Below are positions 37,947 to 46,570 of a stretch of DNA of 52,115 bases, one piece after another. A program made the translations under genes and the position numbers. The stretch's first letter is position 1, and the number at the start of each line of letters is the position of its first letter. The DNA comes from a virus (taxonomy: Duplodnaviria > Caudoviricetes), in the IMG/VR virus record IMGVR_UViG_3300034175_000039, positions 1 to 52,115 of that record. One strand, given 5' to 3'. The notes beneath the pieces are model-generated. The model worked only from the letters and a program-made list of their open reading frames with translations, was not told the DNA's origin and made no database searches.

Positions 37947-39604
37947 ATGCTGTTCGCACCAATCACGCTGTCTATCCAGTGGCGTTCGACAACGCCGGTT
38001 ATACGCCGACCGAAGGGCAGGTAAGGCAAACCATCGCTGCAACGGCTGCAAAGAGCGGCAATGACGGTCTGTTGAACACTGACCCGATGATGAAGCGATC
38101 ATCCGATAGCGCATGGATGCTGGAATATTGGGATTTAACCGATACCATCGTTGACGGTATTAATGCGCTGCGCCTTGCCGCCGACCGTTACTTGCCCAGA
38201 TTCACCGACGAAGATCGTGCCGATTACGAATTTCGGCTGAAATGCACCAAAGTTACCAATATCTACCGTGATACCGTCGAAGGTTTGGCGTCCAAGCCGT
38301 TCGAACAGGAAGTTGCATTGCACGTTGATGAAAGCAAGATGGTTCCGCAACCGTTGCTTGACTTTATCGAAAACGTTGATGGCAGCGGGAACAATCTTAC
38401 CGTCTTTAGCGGCGCAACATTCTTCAACGGCATCAATAGTGCCATTGATTGGATATTTGTCGATTATTCAAAGCCTAATCCAAACGTGCGCAGCGTTGCG
38501 GATCAAAAGCGCGTGGGCGCACGGCCATATTGGTCGCACGTCTTGGGACGTAATGTTTTGGACCCGCGATCCACCATCATCAATGGCGAAGAGGTTTTGA
38601 CATATATCAAAATCTATGAGCCCGGTTCACCGGATCGTATTCGCGAATTTGAACGCTTGGACAGCGGCACCGTTGTTTGGCGGTTGTATGAAAAGAGCGA
38701 CCGACCGGGACCGGATGGAAAGACGATGTTCGTTCTTTTGCCGGGCGGTGATGGTGGTGGCGTGATCACCATTGGCGTTATCCCGATGGTTCCGTTCATC
38801 ACCGGTCGGCGTGATGGTCGTACGTGGCGTTTCTTTCCTGCCATGCGCGATGCGGCTGATCTTCAAATCGAATTGTATCAGCAAGAAAGCGCGCTTAAGT
38901 TCGTCAAGATATTGGCGGCGTATCCGATGCTTGCCGGTAACGGCGTCAAGCCGATCATGGAAGCCGATGGCAAGACGGTAAAGAAGATCGCTGTTGGCCC
39001 CGGTCGCGTTCTGTACGCGCCACCGGGTGGCGACGGTTCGTCCGGGTCGTGGGCGTTCGTTGAACCTTCCGCAACGACCATGAAGTTCCTTGCCGATGAC
39101 GTAAAGGACACCATGGCGCAGTTGCGCGAGTTGGGGCGTCAACCGCTTACGGTGGCCAACGTGACCGTCATCAATTCCGCACGTGGCGCAAACAAGTCGA
39201 AGTCGGCGGTCAAAGCATGGGCGCTTGGTCTGAAAGACGCGTTGGAAAACGCAATGGTCATCACGTGCAAATGGTTGGCCATTCCCGACACAACGTATAG
39301 TCCGGTCGTGAACGTATTTATGGAATTTGATGAATTCCTTGAAGGCAAAGACCTTGATACCTTGCAGGCGGCACGTGCGGCAAAGGATATCTCACAACTT
39401 ACCTATTGGGAAGAATTGCAGCGTCGCGCGGTCCTATCGCCCGAATTCGACGCTGATAACGAAACAGAGCGATTGCTTAACGAATTGCCCGGTGATGGTG
39501 AGGATAACAGCAATATTGACGATACGACCGGCCTGCCGATTTTGCCAAGTGATTCACGCTACGTTCCGCCCGGTGTTCCACCGAAGCCAAAGGATAAACC
39601 GTAA
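37943..39604 (+). CDS. Portal protein (DUF4055-like)
   Basis: YLPRF..E...Y..RL, NVDGSGNNL, IFVDY, RPYW and IPMVPF motifs; follows TerL. Confidence 0.88.
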   Translation: MNAVRTNHAVYPVAFDNAGYTPTEGQVRQTIAATAAKSGNDGLLNTDPMMKRSSDSAWMLEYWDLTDTIVDGINALRLAADRYLPRFTDEDRADYEFRLKCTKVTNIYRDTVEGLASKPFEQEVALHVDESKMVPQPLLDFIENVDGSGNNLTVFSGATFFNGINSAIDWIFVDYSKPNPNVRSVADQKRVGARPYWSHVLGRNVLDPRSTIINGEEVLTYIKIYEPGSPDRIREFERLDSGTVVWRLYEKSDRPGPDGKTMFVLLPGGDGGGVITIGVIPMVPFITGRRDGRTWRFFPAMRDAADLQIELYQQESALKFVKILAAYPMLAGNGVKPIMEADGKTVKKIAVGPGRVLYAPPGGDGSSGSWAFVEPSATTMKFLADDVKDTMAQLRELGRQPLTVANVTVINSARGANKSKSAVKAWALGLKDALENAMVITCKWLAIPDTTYSPVVNVFMEFDEFLEGKDLDTLQAARAAKDISQLTYWEELQRRAVLSPEFDADNETERLLNELPGDGEDNSNIDDTTGLPILPSDSRYVPPGVPPKPKDKP

Positions 39605-39813
39605 TGGCACGATTAGTTGTTTGGTGTGAATGGCGTGGTTTCTTTCGACGCCGCTTAGTTTATGGTTGGTCGGTTCGTGATGGGCATGGTAACATTATTA
39701 TTGCTAGTGAGAAAACATACGCCAACCTTGGTGCGCTTCATGATGAAGTGAACGCTGTTTCATTCGCGCTGACCGATGCTGTGAAACGTCCGGTGCCAAT
39801 CCACGGCCCTTAA
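39604..39813 (+). CDS. Small protein, YegP/DUF1508-like
   Basis: YGWSVRDGHGNIIIASEKTY resembles the W.L...NG.IIA.SE.Y pattern. Confidence 0.45.
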   Translation: MARLVVWCEWRGFFRRRLVYGWSVRDGHGNIIIASEKTYANLGALHDEVNAVSFALTDAVKRPVPIHGP

Positions 39814-39852
39814 CATAATCCCGACGTGCAACCGGGGGTGTTGCACAATATG

Positions 39853-39897
39853 GCTAATGTCAGGATAGACATTAGCGCAATTTGGTCGGATGGCCAA
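39853..39897 (+). promoter_or_regulatory. Two GGA-loop hairpins in the scaffold 5' UTR
   Basis: GCTAATGTC-AGGATA-GACATTAGC and TTGGTC-GGAT-GGCCAA. Confidence 0.65.
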
Positions 39898-39911
39898 GAA
39901 AGACGATGACA

Positions 39912-40748
39912 ATGCGTAATTTCAAGATGATCGCCGCTCTACTGACTGGGGCTGTTTTCCCCGTCGCGTTCGATACGGGCGGCAAGTGGAAGATGGACGG
40001 TGACAAGCTGGCATTGGATGGTGACGGCAATCCGATCTATGTCAAGGCGGACAATACCGAACAGTCGGTGAAAGGCGACACCATCGCCAACCTAAACGCG
40101 GAAGCCAAGACGCATCGTACCGCCAAGGAAACGGCGGAAAAAGCGTTGGATAAATACAAGTTGCCCGATGGCAAGTTGGTTGATCCGCAAACCGCTATCA
40201 AGGCGGTCGATACTGTCAGCAAGTTGGATGCGAAACAGCTTATCGACGCTGGCGAGGTCGATAAGGTCCGCAAGGAAATCGGTGATCAGTTTTCGACGCA
40301 GCTTGCCGAAAAAGATGCTGCGATCAACAGTGCCAATGACACCATTGCTAAGCTGAATGTCGCCAAGGTGTTCGATGGTTCGGAATTCGTTCGCGAGCGT
40401 GTTGCGGTTCCCCGCGATATGTTCCAATCGACGTTCGAAAAGAATTTCAAGTTCGAAGACGGCAAAGTTGTTGCATACGGTCGCGACGGCAACAAGCTGT
40501 TGTCCAAAAAAGCCGCTGGCGAATATGCCGACGCCGATGAAGCCTTGGAATTGCTGGTTGAAATGCACCCGCAAAAAGATGCGATTATCAAGGCGCAGCA
40601 AGGCGGTGGCACTGGCAATGGTGGTGGCGGTGGCAATCGCGGCGGCGGTCGTGTGATCCGACGTGCTGAATTCGACGCCTTGACGCCTACGCAGCAAGCG
40701 GAAACGGCAACGGCGGTCGGTAAGGGTGAAATGACCATTTCCGATTAA
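39912..40748 (+). CDS. Capsid scaffolding protein (DUF6651-like); start at 39906 or 39912
   Basis: DGNPIYV, LNAEAKTHR, LIDAGEVDKVR, ADADEALE and a Gly-rich C-terminus; between portal and capsid. Confidence 0.85.
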   Translation: MRNFKMIAALLTGAVFPVAFDTGGKWKMDGDKLALDGDGNPIYVKADNTEQSVKGDTIANLNAEAKTHRTAKETAEKALDKYKLPDGKLVDPQTAIKAVDTVSKLDAKQLIDAGEVDKVRKEIGDQFSTQLAEKDAAINSANDTIAKLNVAKVFDGSEFVRERVAVPRDMFQSTFEKNFKFEDGKVVAYGRDGNKLLSKKAAGEYADADEALELLVEMHPQKDAIIKAQQGGGTGNGGGGGNRGGGRVIRRAEFDALTPTQQAETATAVGKGEMTISD

Positions 40749-40790
40749 CGGTTAGATCGTCGGGGTGGTGCTGCGCCCCGGTTGATCGCC

Positions 40791-40824
40791 CGCCCGACGT
40801 GCTACGGTCATTGCACGTCGGGCG
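40791..40824. terminator. Hairpin downstream of the scaffold gene
   Basis: CGCCCGACGTGC-loop-GCACGTCGGGCG. Confidence 0.55.
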
Positions 40825-40939
40825 GTTGCTAAACGACGCTGGCGTTGGTGATCCTGCCATGCCGCGATATGACGGAAATGATAGCCGTCAAAGTATGATG
40901 CTTCCGCGTAGTCCATCCATCATGGCTAGCGCGTAAACC

Positions 40940-41068
40940 TTAAGGAACCGTTACCGAGACGATTTCGGCGGTGACGCCGTGCTTATCGCAATACGCCTGA
41001 ACGACTGACGGGCGGCACCACGTACCGAACGTGCGAGTGGTGTTGTTGCTGAAACGCAGCGTGATCAT
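40940..41068 (-). CDS. Small antisense-oriented gene (42 aa) between scaffold and capsid
   Basis: GGGAG RBS; own TTGACA...TATATC promoter at about 41100-41127. Confidence 0.55.
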   Translation of the reverse strand: MITLRFSNNTTRTFGTWCRPSVVQAYCDKHGVTAEIVSVTVP

Positions 41069-41222
41069 GATGGTTGCTCCCGTGGTCAAGTGTGCCGGGA
41101 TATACCGCCCGGCCCGGTAGTTGTCAAAGTGATTGTCAACGAATGCGATAATTTTTGTCGGTCGCATGACGCCGCTTGACCGTCTCGGCGCTTATGGATT
41201 ATGGATTTGTGCGATAGCCAAG

Positions 41223-41260
41223 GGTTGGATGACCGCGCGGCGCTTTAGGTCGGATGACCT
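41223..41260 (+). promoter_or_regulatory. Two GGAT-loop hairpins in the capsid 5' UTR
   Basis: GGTT-GGAT-GACC and AGGTC-GGAT-GACCT, downstream of a TTGACC at about 41176. Confidence 0.65.
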
Positions 41261-41294
41261 TGCCAAACCTCATTCAACTGAAAAGGGCGTCCTC

Positions 41295-42530
41295 ATGCGC
41301 AGTCTCATCACCGGCCCGGCCATGGGCATCATTCTGGCGTCGCGCGTTGCGCCTGCCATCGTCCATCAATCGGCGTATGCCAACACCTTGACCGGCGTTA
41401 TCGGTTCGCTGTTCGCGGGTATGAACGTCGTCAGTCGCGAGTTGACGGGCTTCATTCCGTCCGTTCGTCGCGACGCGCGTACCGAACGTGCGGCGGTCGG
41501 TCAGTCCGTCACCTTCCCCATCGCGCCGCCCCAAACCGCGACCGATGTCGTGCCCGCAATGCAGGTGCCGACACCGCCCGACAATACCATCGGTACGGGG
41601 AGCATGGCGATCACCAAGAGCCGCAAGGTCGCGTTCGGTTGGACGGGCGAGGAACAGCGCGCCGTCAACACCGGTGCCGGTTGGCAGGACGTTCAGGCCG
41701 ATCTTTTCGCGGAAGGGATGCGCACGCTCGTCAACGAAGTCGAAAGCGATTTGGCGTTGGAAGCGTCGTTAAACGTATCGCGTTGGACCGGTACGGCGGG
41801 CACGACGCCGTTCAGCGGTAATATCGACGGTAGCGCCGACGTTCGCAAAATCTTGGACGACAACGGCGCGCCGCCTACCGGTCGTTCGCTGATCATCAAC
41901 ACGTCGGCGGGTGCGAATCTGCGCAAGGTTCCCAACCTTACGCGCGTCAACGAAGCCGGGACCGCGATGACGCTACGCCAAGGCGAATTGCTCGATCTGA
42001 ACGCGCTTTCGATCAAGGAAAGCGGGCAGGCGTCGGTGTTCACGAAGGGCACCAACGCGGGCGCAACGACCAACGGCGCGGCTTATGCCGTTGGTTCGCG
42101 CGTGATCACGTTGGCGGCGGCGGGCACCGGTACGATCAAGAATGGCGATGCGATCCAGTTCGCCGGTGACACCAACATTTACGGTGTGTTGCTTGGTGAT
42201 GCAGACGTTGCGAACGGTGGCACGATCACGTTGGCCGGTCCCGGCCTGCGTGTCGCGATCCCGGCAGCGGCCACAGCGATCACCACGATTGGATCGCACG
42301 CCGTCAACGTGGCATTCAGCCAAGACGCCATGGCAATCGCCATGCGCGCCCCGGCTTTGCCGTCCGCTGGCGATCTGGCGTTGGATCGTATGACGTTGGT
42401 GGACCCGCGTTCCGGCATGGTGTTCGAAGTTTCGCTCTATCCCGGTTATCGGATGATCGAAGCCGAAATTGCCGCTGCATGGGGCGTCAAGGCGATCAAG
42501 CCGCAACACATCGCCGGATTGCTCGGCTAA
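41295..42530 (+). CDS. Major capsid protein (P22 coat / gp5-like family)
   Basis: AAAGGG RBS; ANTLT...VVSRELTGFIPSV, LVNEVESDL and WGVKAIKPQH motifs; followed by a terminator. Confidence 0.88.
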   Translation: MRSLITGPAMGIILASRVAPAIVHQSAYANTLTGVIGSLFAGMNVVSRELTGFIPSVRRDARTERAAVGQSVTFPIAPPQTATDVVPAMQVPTPPDNTIGTGSMAITKSRKVAFGWTGEEQRAVNTGAGWQDVQADLFAEGMRTLVNEVESDLALEASLNVSRWTGTAGTTPFSGNIDGSADVRKILDDNGAPPTGRSLIINTSAGANLRKVPNLTRVNEAGTAMTLRQGELLDLNALSIKESGQASVFTKGTNAGATTNGAAYAVGSRVITLAAAGTGTIKNGDAIQFAGDTNIYGVLLGDADVANGGTITLAGPGLRVAIPAAATAITTIGSHAVNVAFSQDAMAIAMRAPALPSAGDLALDRMTLVDPRSGMVFEVSLYPGYRMIEAEIAAAWGVKAIKPQHIAGLLG

Positions 42531-42536
42531 TTCAAT

Positions 42537-42564
42537 ACCGGCGCGACTACTAAATCGCGCCGGT
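42537..42564 (+). terminator. Hairpin after the capsid gene
   Basis: ACCGGCGCGA-loop-TCGCGCCGGT. Confidence 0.65.
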
Positions 42565-42598
42565 TCGTTGCGTTGTGTCATAGGAAAGGAAAATCAAG

Positions 42599-43123
42599 AT
42601 GAAATCTCTTTTGCTCGCATCGGCGGTATCGCTTTGCGCCGTCGCATTCATGTCGGACGTGTGCGAAACCGTTCTGATCAAGGGCGCGGACGGCAAGCCG
42701 CTTCGCGTCAACAAGAGCGATTACGACGCCGATCAGGCGGAAGGCGGCGAAAAGAAGATGACGCTGCATACCGAAGATAAGAAGGAACAACCCGATCCCA
42801 TCGTTGGCGAAACCGTCGTTTCGGTTCATCCCGAATTGACCATTCCGCCCGCACCGTCCGCACCGACGTTCGTCAATCCGGTCGCACCAAGCACCGCCAA
42901 TACGGATACGCTCATGGTCGCCAAGCATGGCACCGGCAAGGCGGCGAAGTTCTTTGTCGTTCGTCCCGATGGTTCGAAGATCGAAGATATGCGCGACGTG
43001 AACAAGGATGGCTATGACACCGAACCGCTGGCATGGGCGGCGGTCATGGAGGTCAAGAAACAGCCTTTCGAACAGCATACGGCACCGCCGCCGAACGTAC
43101 CGCCCGCGCCGCCTATCGTCTAG
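42599..43123 (+). CDS. Putative head-associated protein with leader peptide
   Basis: Strong AGGAAAGGA RBS; directly after the capsid gene; ETVLIK...RVNKSDYD. Confidence 0.65.
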   Translation: MKSLLLASAVSLCAVAFMSDVCETVLIKGADGKPLRVNKSDYDADQAEGGEKKMTLHTEDKKEQPDPIVGETVVSVHPELTIPPAPSAPTFVNPVAPSTANTDTLMVAKHGTGKAAKFFVVRPDGSKIEDMRDVNKDGYDTEPLAWAAVMEVKKQPFEQHTAPPPNVPPAPPIV

Positions 43124-43148
43124 CGCGGCACGTTCAGTCATGATACGG

Positions 43149-43185
43149 AAGGGGCGATAGGCAAGTAACCTATCGCCCCTTTTTT
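43149..43185 (+). terminator. Rho-independent terminator
   Basis: AAGGGGCGATAGG-loop-CCTATCGCCCC followed by a T-run. Confidence 0.85.
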
Positions 43186-43207
43186 GTTTGCAAGGTGAGT
43201 GGAACCG

Positions 43208-43708
43208 ATGGACGAATTTTACGGTACAGCCGGTGGATTTCGCATCTACCATACCGCGCGTGGTCGGAACATCGGTGCTTACGATGATGATAGCGAAATC
43301 GAAGCTGCGTTGTTGGTCGCGTCAGAACGCAACGATGCAAAATACCGGGCTTCGTTTTCGGGCACCAAGGTTGGTTATCGTTCTCAAATTCGCGACTTTC
43401 CACGCGTTGGCGGATTCGATGTGTTTGGTTATTCCATTCCTAGCGATACGATCCCGACTGAAATGATTAACGCGACGTATGAGGCGGCATTGCGCCAGCT
43501 TGTCACGCCGGGATCGTTGTCGCTGGATTGGACGCCTAGCAAATACAAGCGCGTTTCAGTGGACGGCGCAGTTAGTGCCGAATACACCGTGTTTGGGAGC
43601 GCGATGGACGTTCAGACGCAATTCGCCATCATCGATGAAATTATTGCGCCGATCCTTACCGGACATGGCAATTTCGCTGCGTTAAGCGGCGCTGCAATCC
43701 GCGTATGA
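43208..43708 (+). CDS. Head-tail adaptor (DnaT-like domain family)
   Basis: YHTARG, ALLVAS, G.K....Q.RDFPR and IPTEMINATYEAA motifs. Confidence 0.75.
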   Translation: MDEFYGTAGGFRIYHTARGRNIGAYDDDSEIEAALLVASERNDAKYRASFSGTKVGYRSQIRDFPRVGGFDVFGYSIPSDTIPTEMINATYEAALRQLVTPGSLSLDWTPSKYKRVSVDGAVSAEYTVFGSAMDVQTQFAIIDEIIAPILTGHGNFAALSGAAIRV

Positions 43709-43711
43709 AAA

Positions 43712-43739
43712 ACCCCGACACTATCGCTAGTGCCGGGGT
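43712..43739. terminator. Hairpin between convergent genes
   Basis: ACCCCGACACTA...TAGTGCCGGGGT with a T-run on the minus strand. Confidence 0.6.
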
Positions 43740-43767
43740 CATCAAATCAGGCGTACGCCCGGTTCGG

Positions 43768-44238
43768 TTAGATTTCGCGGAACACCAATGCCGTCGAACC
43801 TTCGGCGGGCGTGCCCTTCAACGTCTTCGCCATCGCGGCGTCCACATCCACAGCGAAATACTTGGCCGTCACGTCGGTTTCCGGTTCCGTCGTCGGCGTC
43901 TGACCGACGACCGCGCCGTTCGCGTCTTTGATATCGGTCGTCTTGAACACGGTGTTGCCCGCCGCATCCTTGCGCGTGACGACCGCCTTGCGGTTGGCGT
44001 TGCTGACGACGCTGGAGAGGCTGGCGGCGGTCTTGTTCTTGACGCCGAACGACATGCCCTTGGCGGTCAGGCTGGCGAACGGATAGATCGAAACGGAACC
44101 GCGCTTGCTCTTACGTTCCGGCATCGCGATCGCGTTGGTGACAGCGGTGAATACCGGTTCGACACGCGGCTTTTTGCCATCGTTGGCGAAGGCGGCGGCG
44201 CTGGCGGCGGTCAGTGTGGCAAGTCGAAGATTACGCAT
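43768..44238 (-). CDS. Basic putative DNA-binding protein with leader peptide (start 44238 or 44247)
   Basis: GGAAGGA RBS and own TTGACG promoter at about 44299; core MPERKSKRGS...YPFASL...GMSFGV; Lys/Thr/Ala-rich. Confidence 0.65.
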   Translation of the reverse strand: MRNLRLATLTAASAAAFANDGKKPRVEPVFTAVTNAIAMPERKSKRGSVSIYPFASLTAKGMSFGVKNKTAASLSSVVSNANRKAVVTRKDAAGNTVFKTTDIKDANGAVVGQTPTTEPETDVTAKYFAVDVDAAMAKTLKGTPAEGSTALVFREI

Positions 44239-44316
44239 GTTGGTCATTCCTTCCGTTGTTGGAAACCAAGCCATTAGCGGTGTTTCAAATGGTCGTCAAT
44301 AGGGTGTATCGGGAAA

Positions 44317-44709
44317 ATGTCAGATTTTTACGAAGATATGCGGTCGGTCGCGTCGGAACTCTTAAAAGAGTTCGACCAAAAGCGGCCCGGTGATCCCAGC
44401 CCGACCGATAACGGCATTTATTACGTCGGTATCACGCCCGGCACCGGTCCCGCCGACAATCCGGGTGCGCCGCAAGAGGCACCGCCGATCAAGGTGGATG
44501 CGGTAGCGCGGGGCGTCAGTTTCAAGTACGTTGATGGCACGAATGTCGTTCAGACCGATTTGCAAGCGACGATGGCCGTACGTCCCGATATGACACCGGC
44601 CATATCCGGTTTCATCATTGTGGATGGCAAGCGTCATAAGATCGTGAAGGTGATGCAAAAGCCCGCCGCTGGCACGTCGGTCGCTCATACCGTAATCTTT
44701 CGAAAGTAA
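44317..44709 (+). CDS. Head closure / head-tail joining protein
   Basis: FYEDMRSVASELLKEF, YVDGTNVVQTD and PAAGT motifs; synteny. Confidence 0.7.
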   Translation: MSDFYEDMRSVASELLKEFDQKRPGDPSPTDNGIYYVGITPGTGPADNPGAPQEAPPIKVDAVARGVSFKYVDGTNVVQTDLQATMAVRPDMTPAISGFIIVDGKRHKIVKVMQKPAAGTSVAHTVIFRK

Positions 44710-44714
44710 ACGTC

Positions 44715-45008
44715 ATGGGCGATAAAATAGAGAAATGGTGCGCGCATCCCGCCGCCTTTTGGTTTTTTACCGTGGCGTTTATTGTCGGCGTGCGGATAAA
44801 TGTGGATATATCGAATATCGCTATTTCTTACTTTACCGCCGCTTTGCTGCTACTCACCCTTGGCGGTCAGCGCCGAAGTAACAAGGCGATGCACGTAAAG
44901 CTTGACGACTTGGAAGTTGCGGTTGATGCTGCGAACAATGAAAACGCGCGCCTAGAAGAACTTGCAGAACACGAAATTGAGGCAAAACGAAATGCTATTG
45001 TGGGATAA
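44715..45008 (+). CDS. Small membrane protein resembling the low-affinity iron permease (Fet4-like) family
   Basis: HPAAF, two TM segments, then QRRSNKAMHVKLDDL..AVDAANN...LEEL. Confidence 0.6.
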   Translation: MGDKIEKWCAHPAAFWFFTVAFIVGVRINVDISNIAISYFTAALLLLTLGGQRRSNKAMHVKLDDLEVAVDAANNENARLEELAEHEIEAKRNAIVG

Positions 45009-45108
45009 TAATGCAACGTGGGATAACGGGAGTGGATGGAACGATATCGTTCTGATCATTCTTTGGTCGCATTTGGTGACTTGGAATAATGGTTTGGGTT
45101 GGCAGTAA
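44992..45108 (+). CDS. 38-aa Trp-periodic micro-protein (below the ORF-track cutoff)
   Basis: GAGG RBS; MLLWDNNATWDNGSGWNDIVLIILWSHLVTWNNGLGWQ; TAATG coupling to the next gene. Confidence 0.55.
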   Translation: MLLWDNNATWDNGSGWNDIVLIILWSHLVTWNNGLGWQ

Positions 45109-46127
45109 TGACACCACGTCAGAAACTTGAACAACTGATCGATCTGTTTATTCCTGATCTTCGTTCCGCATTTCTTGCCGCGATCCAAGATATTGTTGAT
45201 AACGTAATATTGAACAGCGTGATCATGGCCATTCAAGATGGCGATGTTGAAGCCGCTTTTCGTGCTATCGGCTATTCGCCTGCCGCCATGCGCCCGTTGA
45301 CCGCTGCGATTGAACGCGCGTTTGAAATGGGCGGCGTCATGACCGGCAACACTTTTCCGAAGTATCTCAACACGTATAGCGGACGTGCGGTGTTTCGGTT
45401 TGACGTACGCAACATCCGGGCGGAAGCTTGGTTGCGCGATAAATCGTCCACATTGGTTGGGCGGATCGAAGATGAAACGCGGACCAATGTTCGCACTGCA
45501 TTGATCGTTGGTATGCAGGACGGTCGCAACCCTCGCAACGTCGCATTGGATATTGTTGGTCGCATAGACAAGGCGAGCGGTCGCCGCGTCGGCGGGATTA
45601 TCGGTCTTACCGAACAACAAGATTATTGGGTTCGTGGCACGCGGACCAAGCTCATTCAGCTTGATAAATCATACTTCAACTTGGAGTTGCGCGACAAACG
45701 CTTTGATCGCACCGTTGCCGCTGCAATTCGTGATGGCAAGCCGCTAACGACCGACGTGGTTGACAAGTTGGTCAATCGATACAAAGATAATGCGTTGAAA
45801 TATCGCGGCGACACCATTGCCCGGACGGAAGCCATGCAATCGTTGAACGCGTCCGAATGGGAAGCAACCAAGCAAGCGGTGGCGCTTGGTGCCACCAAGA
45901 CCGATGCGGTTCAACGCGAATGGGATAGCGCCGGTGATAAGCGCGTACGGTTCTCGCATAGCCGCTTAGATGGTCAGCGCGTCGGGCTTGATACGCCGTT
46001 CACCGCGCCGTCTGGCGCAAGGATGATGCACCCCGGCGATACGTCGCTAGGTGCTAGTGCCGATGAAGTTGTTGGATGCCGGTGCCGCGTCCGCACCGTG
46101 ATCGATTGGCTTACCGACTTGGATTAA
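45108..46127 (+). CDS. Minor head / head morphogenesis protein (SPP1 gp7 / Mu F-like)
   Basis: IARTE, WDSAGDKRVRFSH..LDGQ, HPGD and GCRC motifs. Confidence 0.85.
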   Translation: MTPRQKLEQLIDLFIPDLRSAFLAAIQDIVDNVILNSVIMAIQDGDVEAAFRAIGYSPAAMRPLTAAIERAFEMGGVMTGNTFPKYLNTYSGRAVFRFDVRNIRAEAWLRDKSSTLVGRIEDETRTNVRTALIVGMQDGRNPRNVALDIVGRIDKASGRRVGGIIGLTEQQDYWVRGTRTKLIQLDKSYFNLELRDKRFDRTVAAAIRDGKPLTTDVVDKLVNRYKDNALKYRGDTIARTEAMQSLNASEWEATKQAVALGATKTDAVQREWDSAGDKRVRFSHSRLDGQRVGLDTPFTAPSGARMMHPGDTSLGASADEVVGCRCRVRTVIDWLTDLD

Positions 46128-46568
46128 TCACCGTCTGTAAATCGACGTTCCGGTCGCATAAACTGCCGATCAATAGTGTGTTGAATTTGCGTTAATGTGT
46201 ATTCAGCAGTCGTTGTATCCGGGTCATCGTTCCATTCTTTTATGAGTCCTTCGATTTGGTTAACAAGGCGAGATAATGCCGTATATCCGGCGTTTGGTGC
46301 TTTAGCCATCGCTTGAAATCTCACTCACATAAACCGACATGGGATTGATTGGCGGAACGCCGATAATCTGGATGACGATGTTCGCGCCTGCCGCAATCGC
46401 AGCGCGTTCCGCATCGGTTGGTTCCCATGCGGTAGTCATGGTCGGAAAATCGCCTTCAACGTTCTTGTCGGTCGTCTGACCGTAGTTGACGGCTAAACCG
46501 CGCCAGCCTTGCGCCTTTCCGGCAATGATCGTGCGTGCGGGATCGCCCGGTGGAATGACAGATTGCAT
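46124..46568 (-). other. Two small hypothetical genes (46124-46309 and 46302-46568)
   Basis: Coupled ORFs at the end of the leftward AAA operon; AWEPT.AE.AAI.AGA motif. Confidence 0.55.
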
Positions 46569-46570
46569 TA

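Noticed and set aside
41133-41294. 54-aa upstream extension of the capsid ORF shown in the ORF track
   Set aside because: It starts at TTG without an RBS and spans a promoter and UTR hairpins. The ATG at 41295 has a proper RBS.
43705-44277. 190-aa plus-strand ORF in the head-tail module
   Set aside because: The minus-strand ORF at the same place has the promoter, RBS, terminator and protein-like composition; the plus ORF is its shadow.
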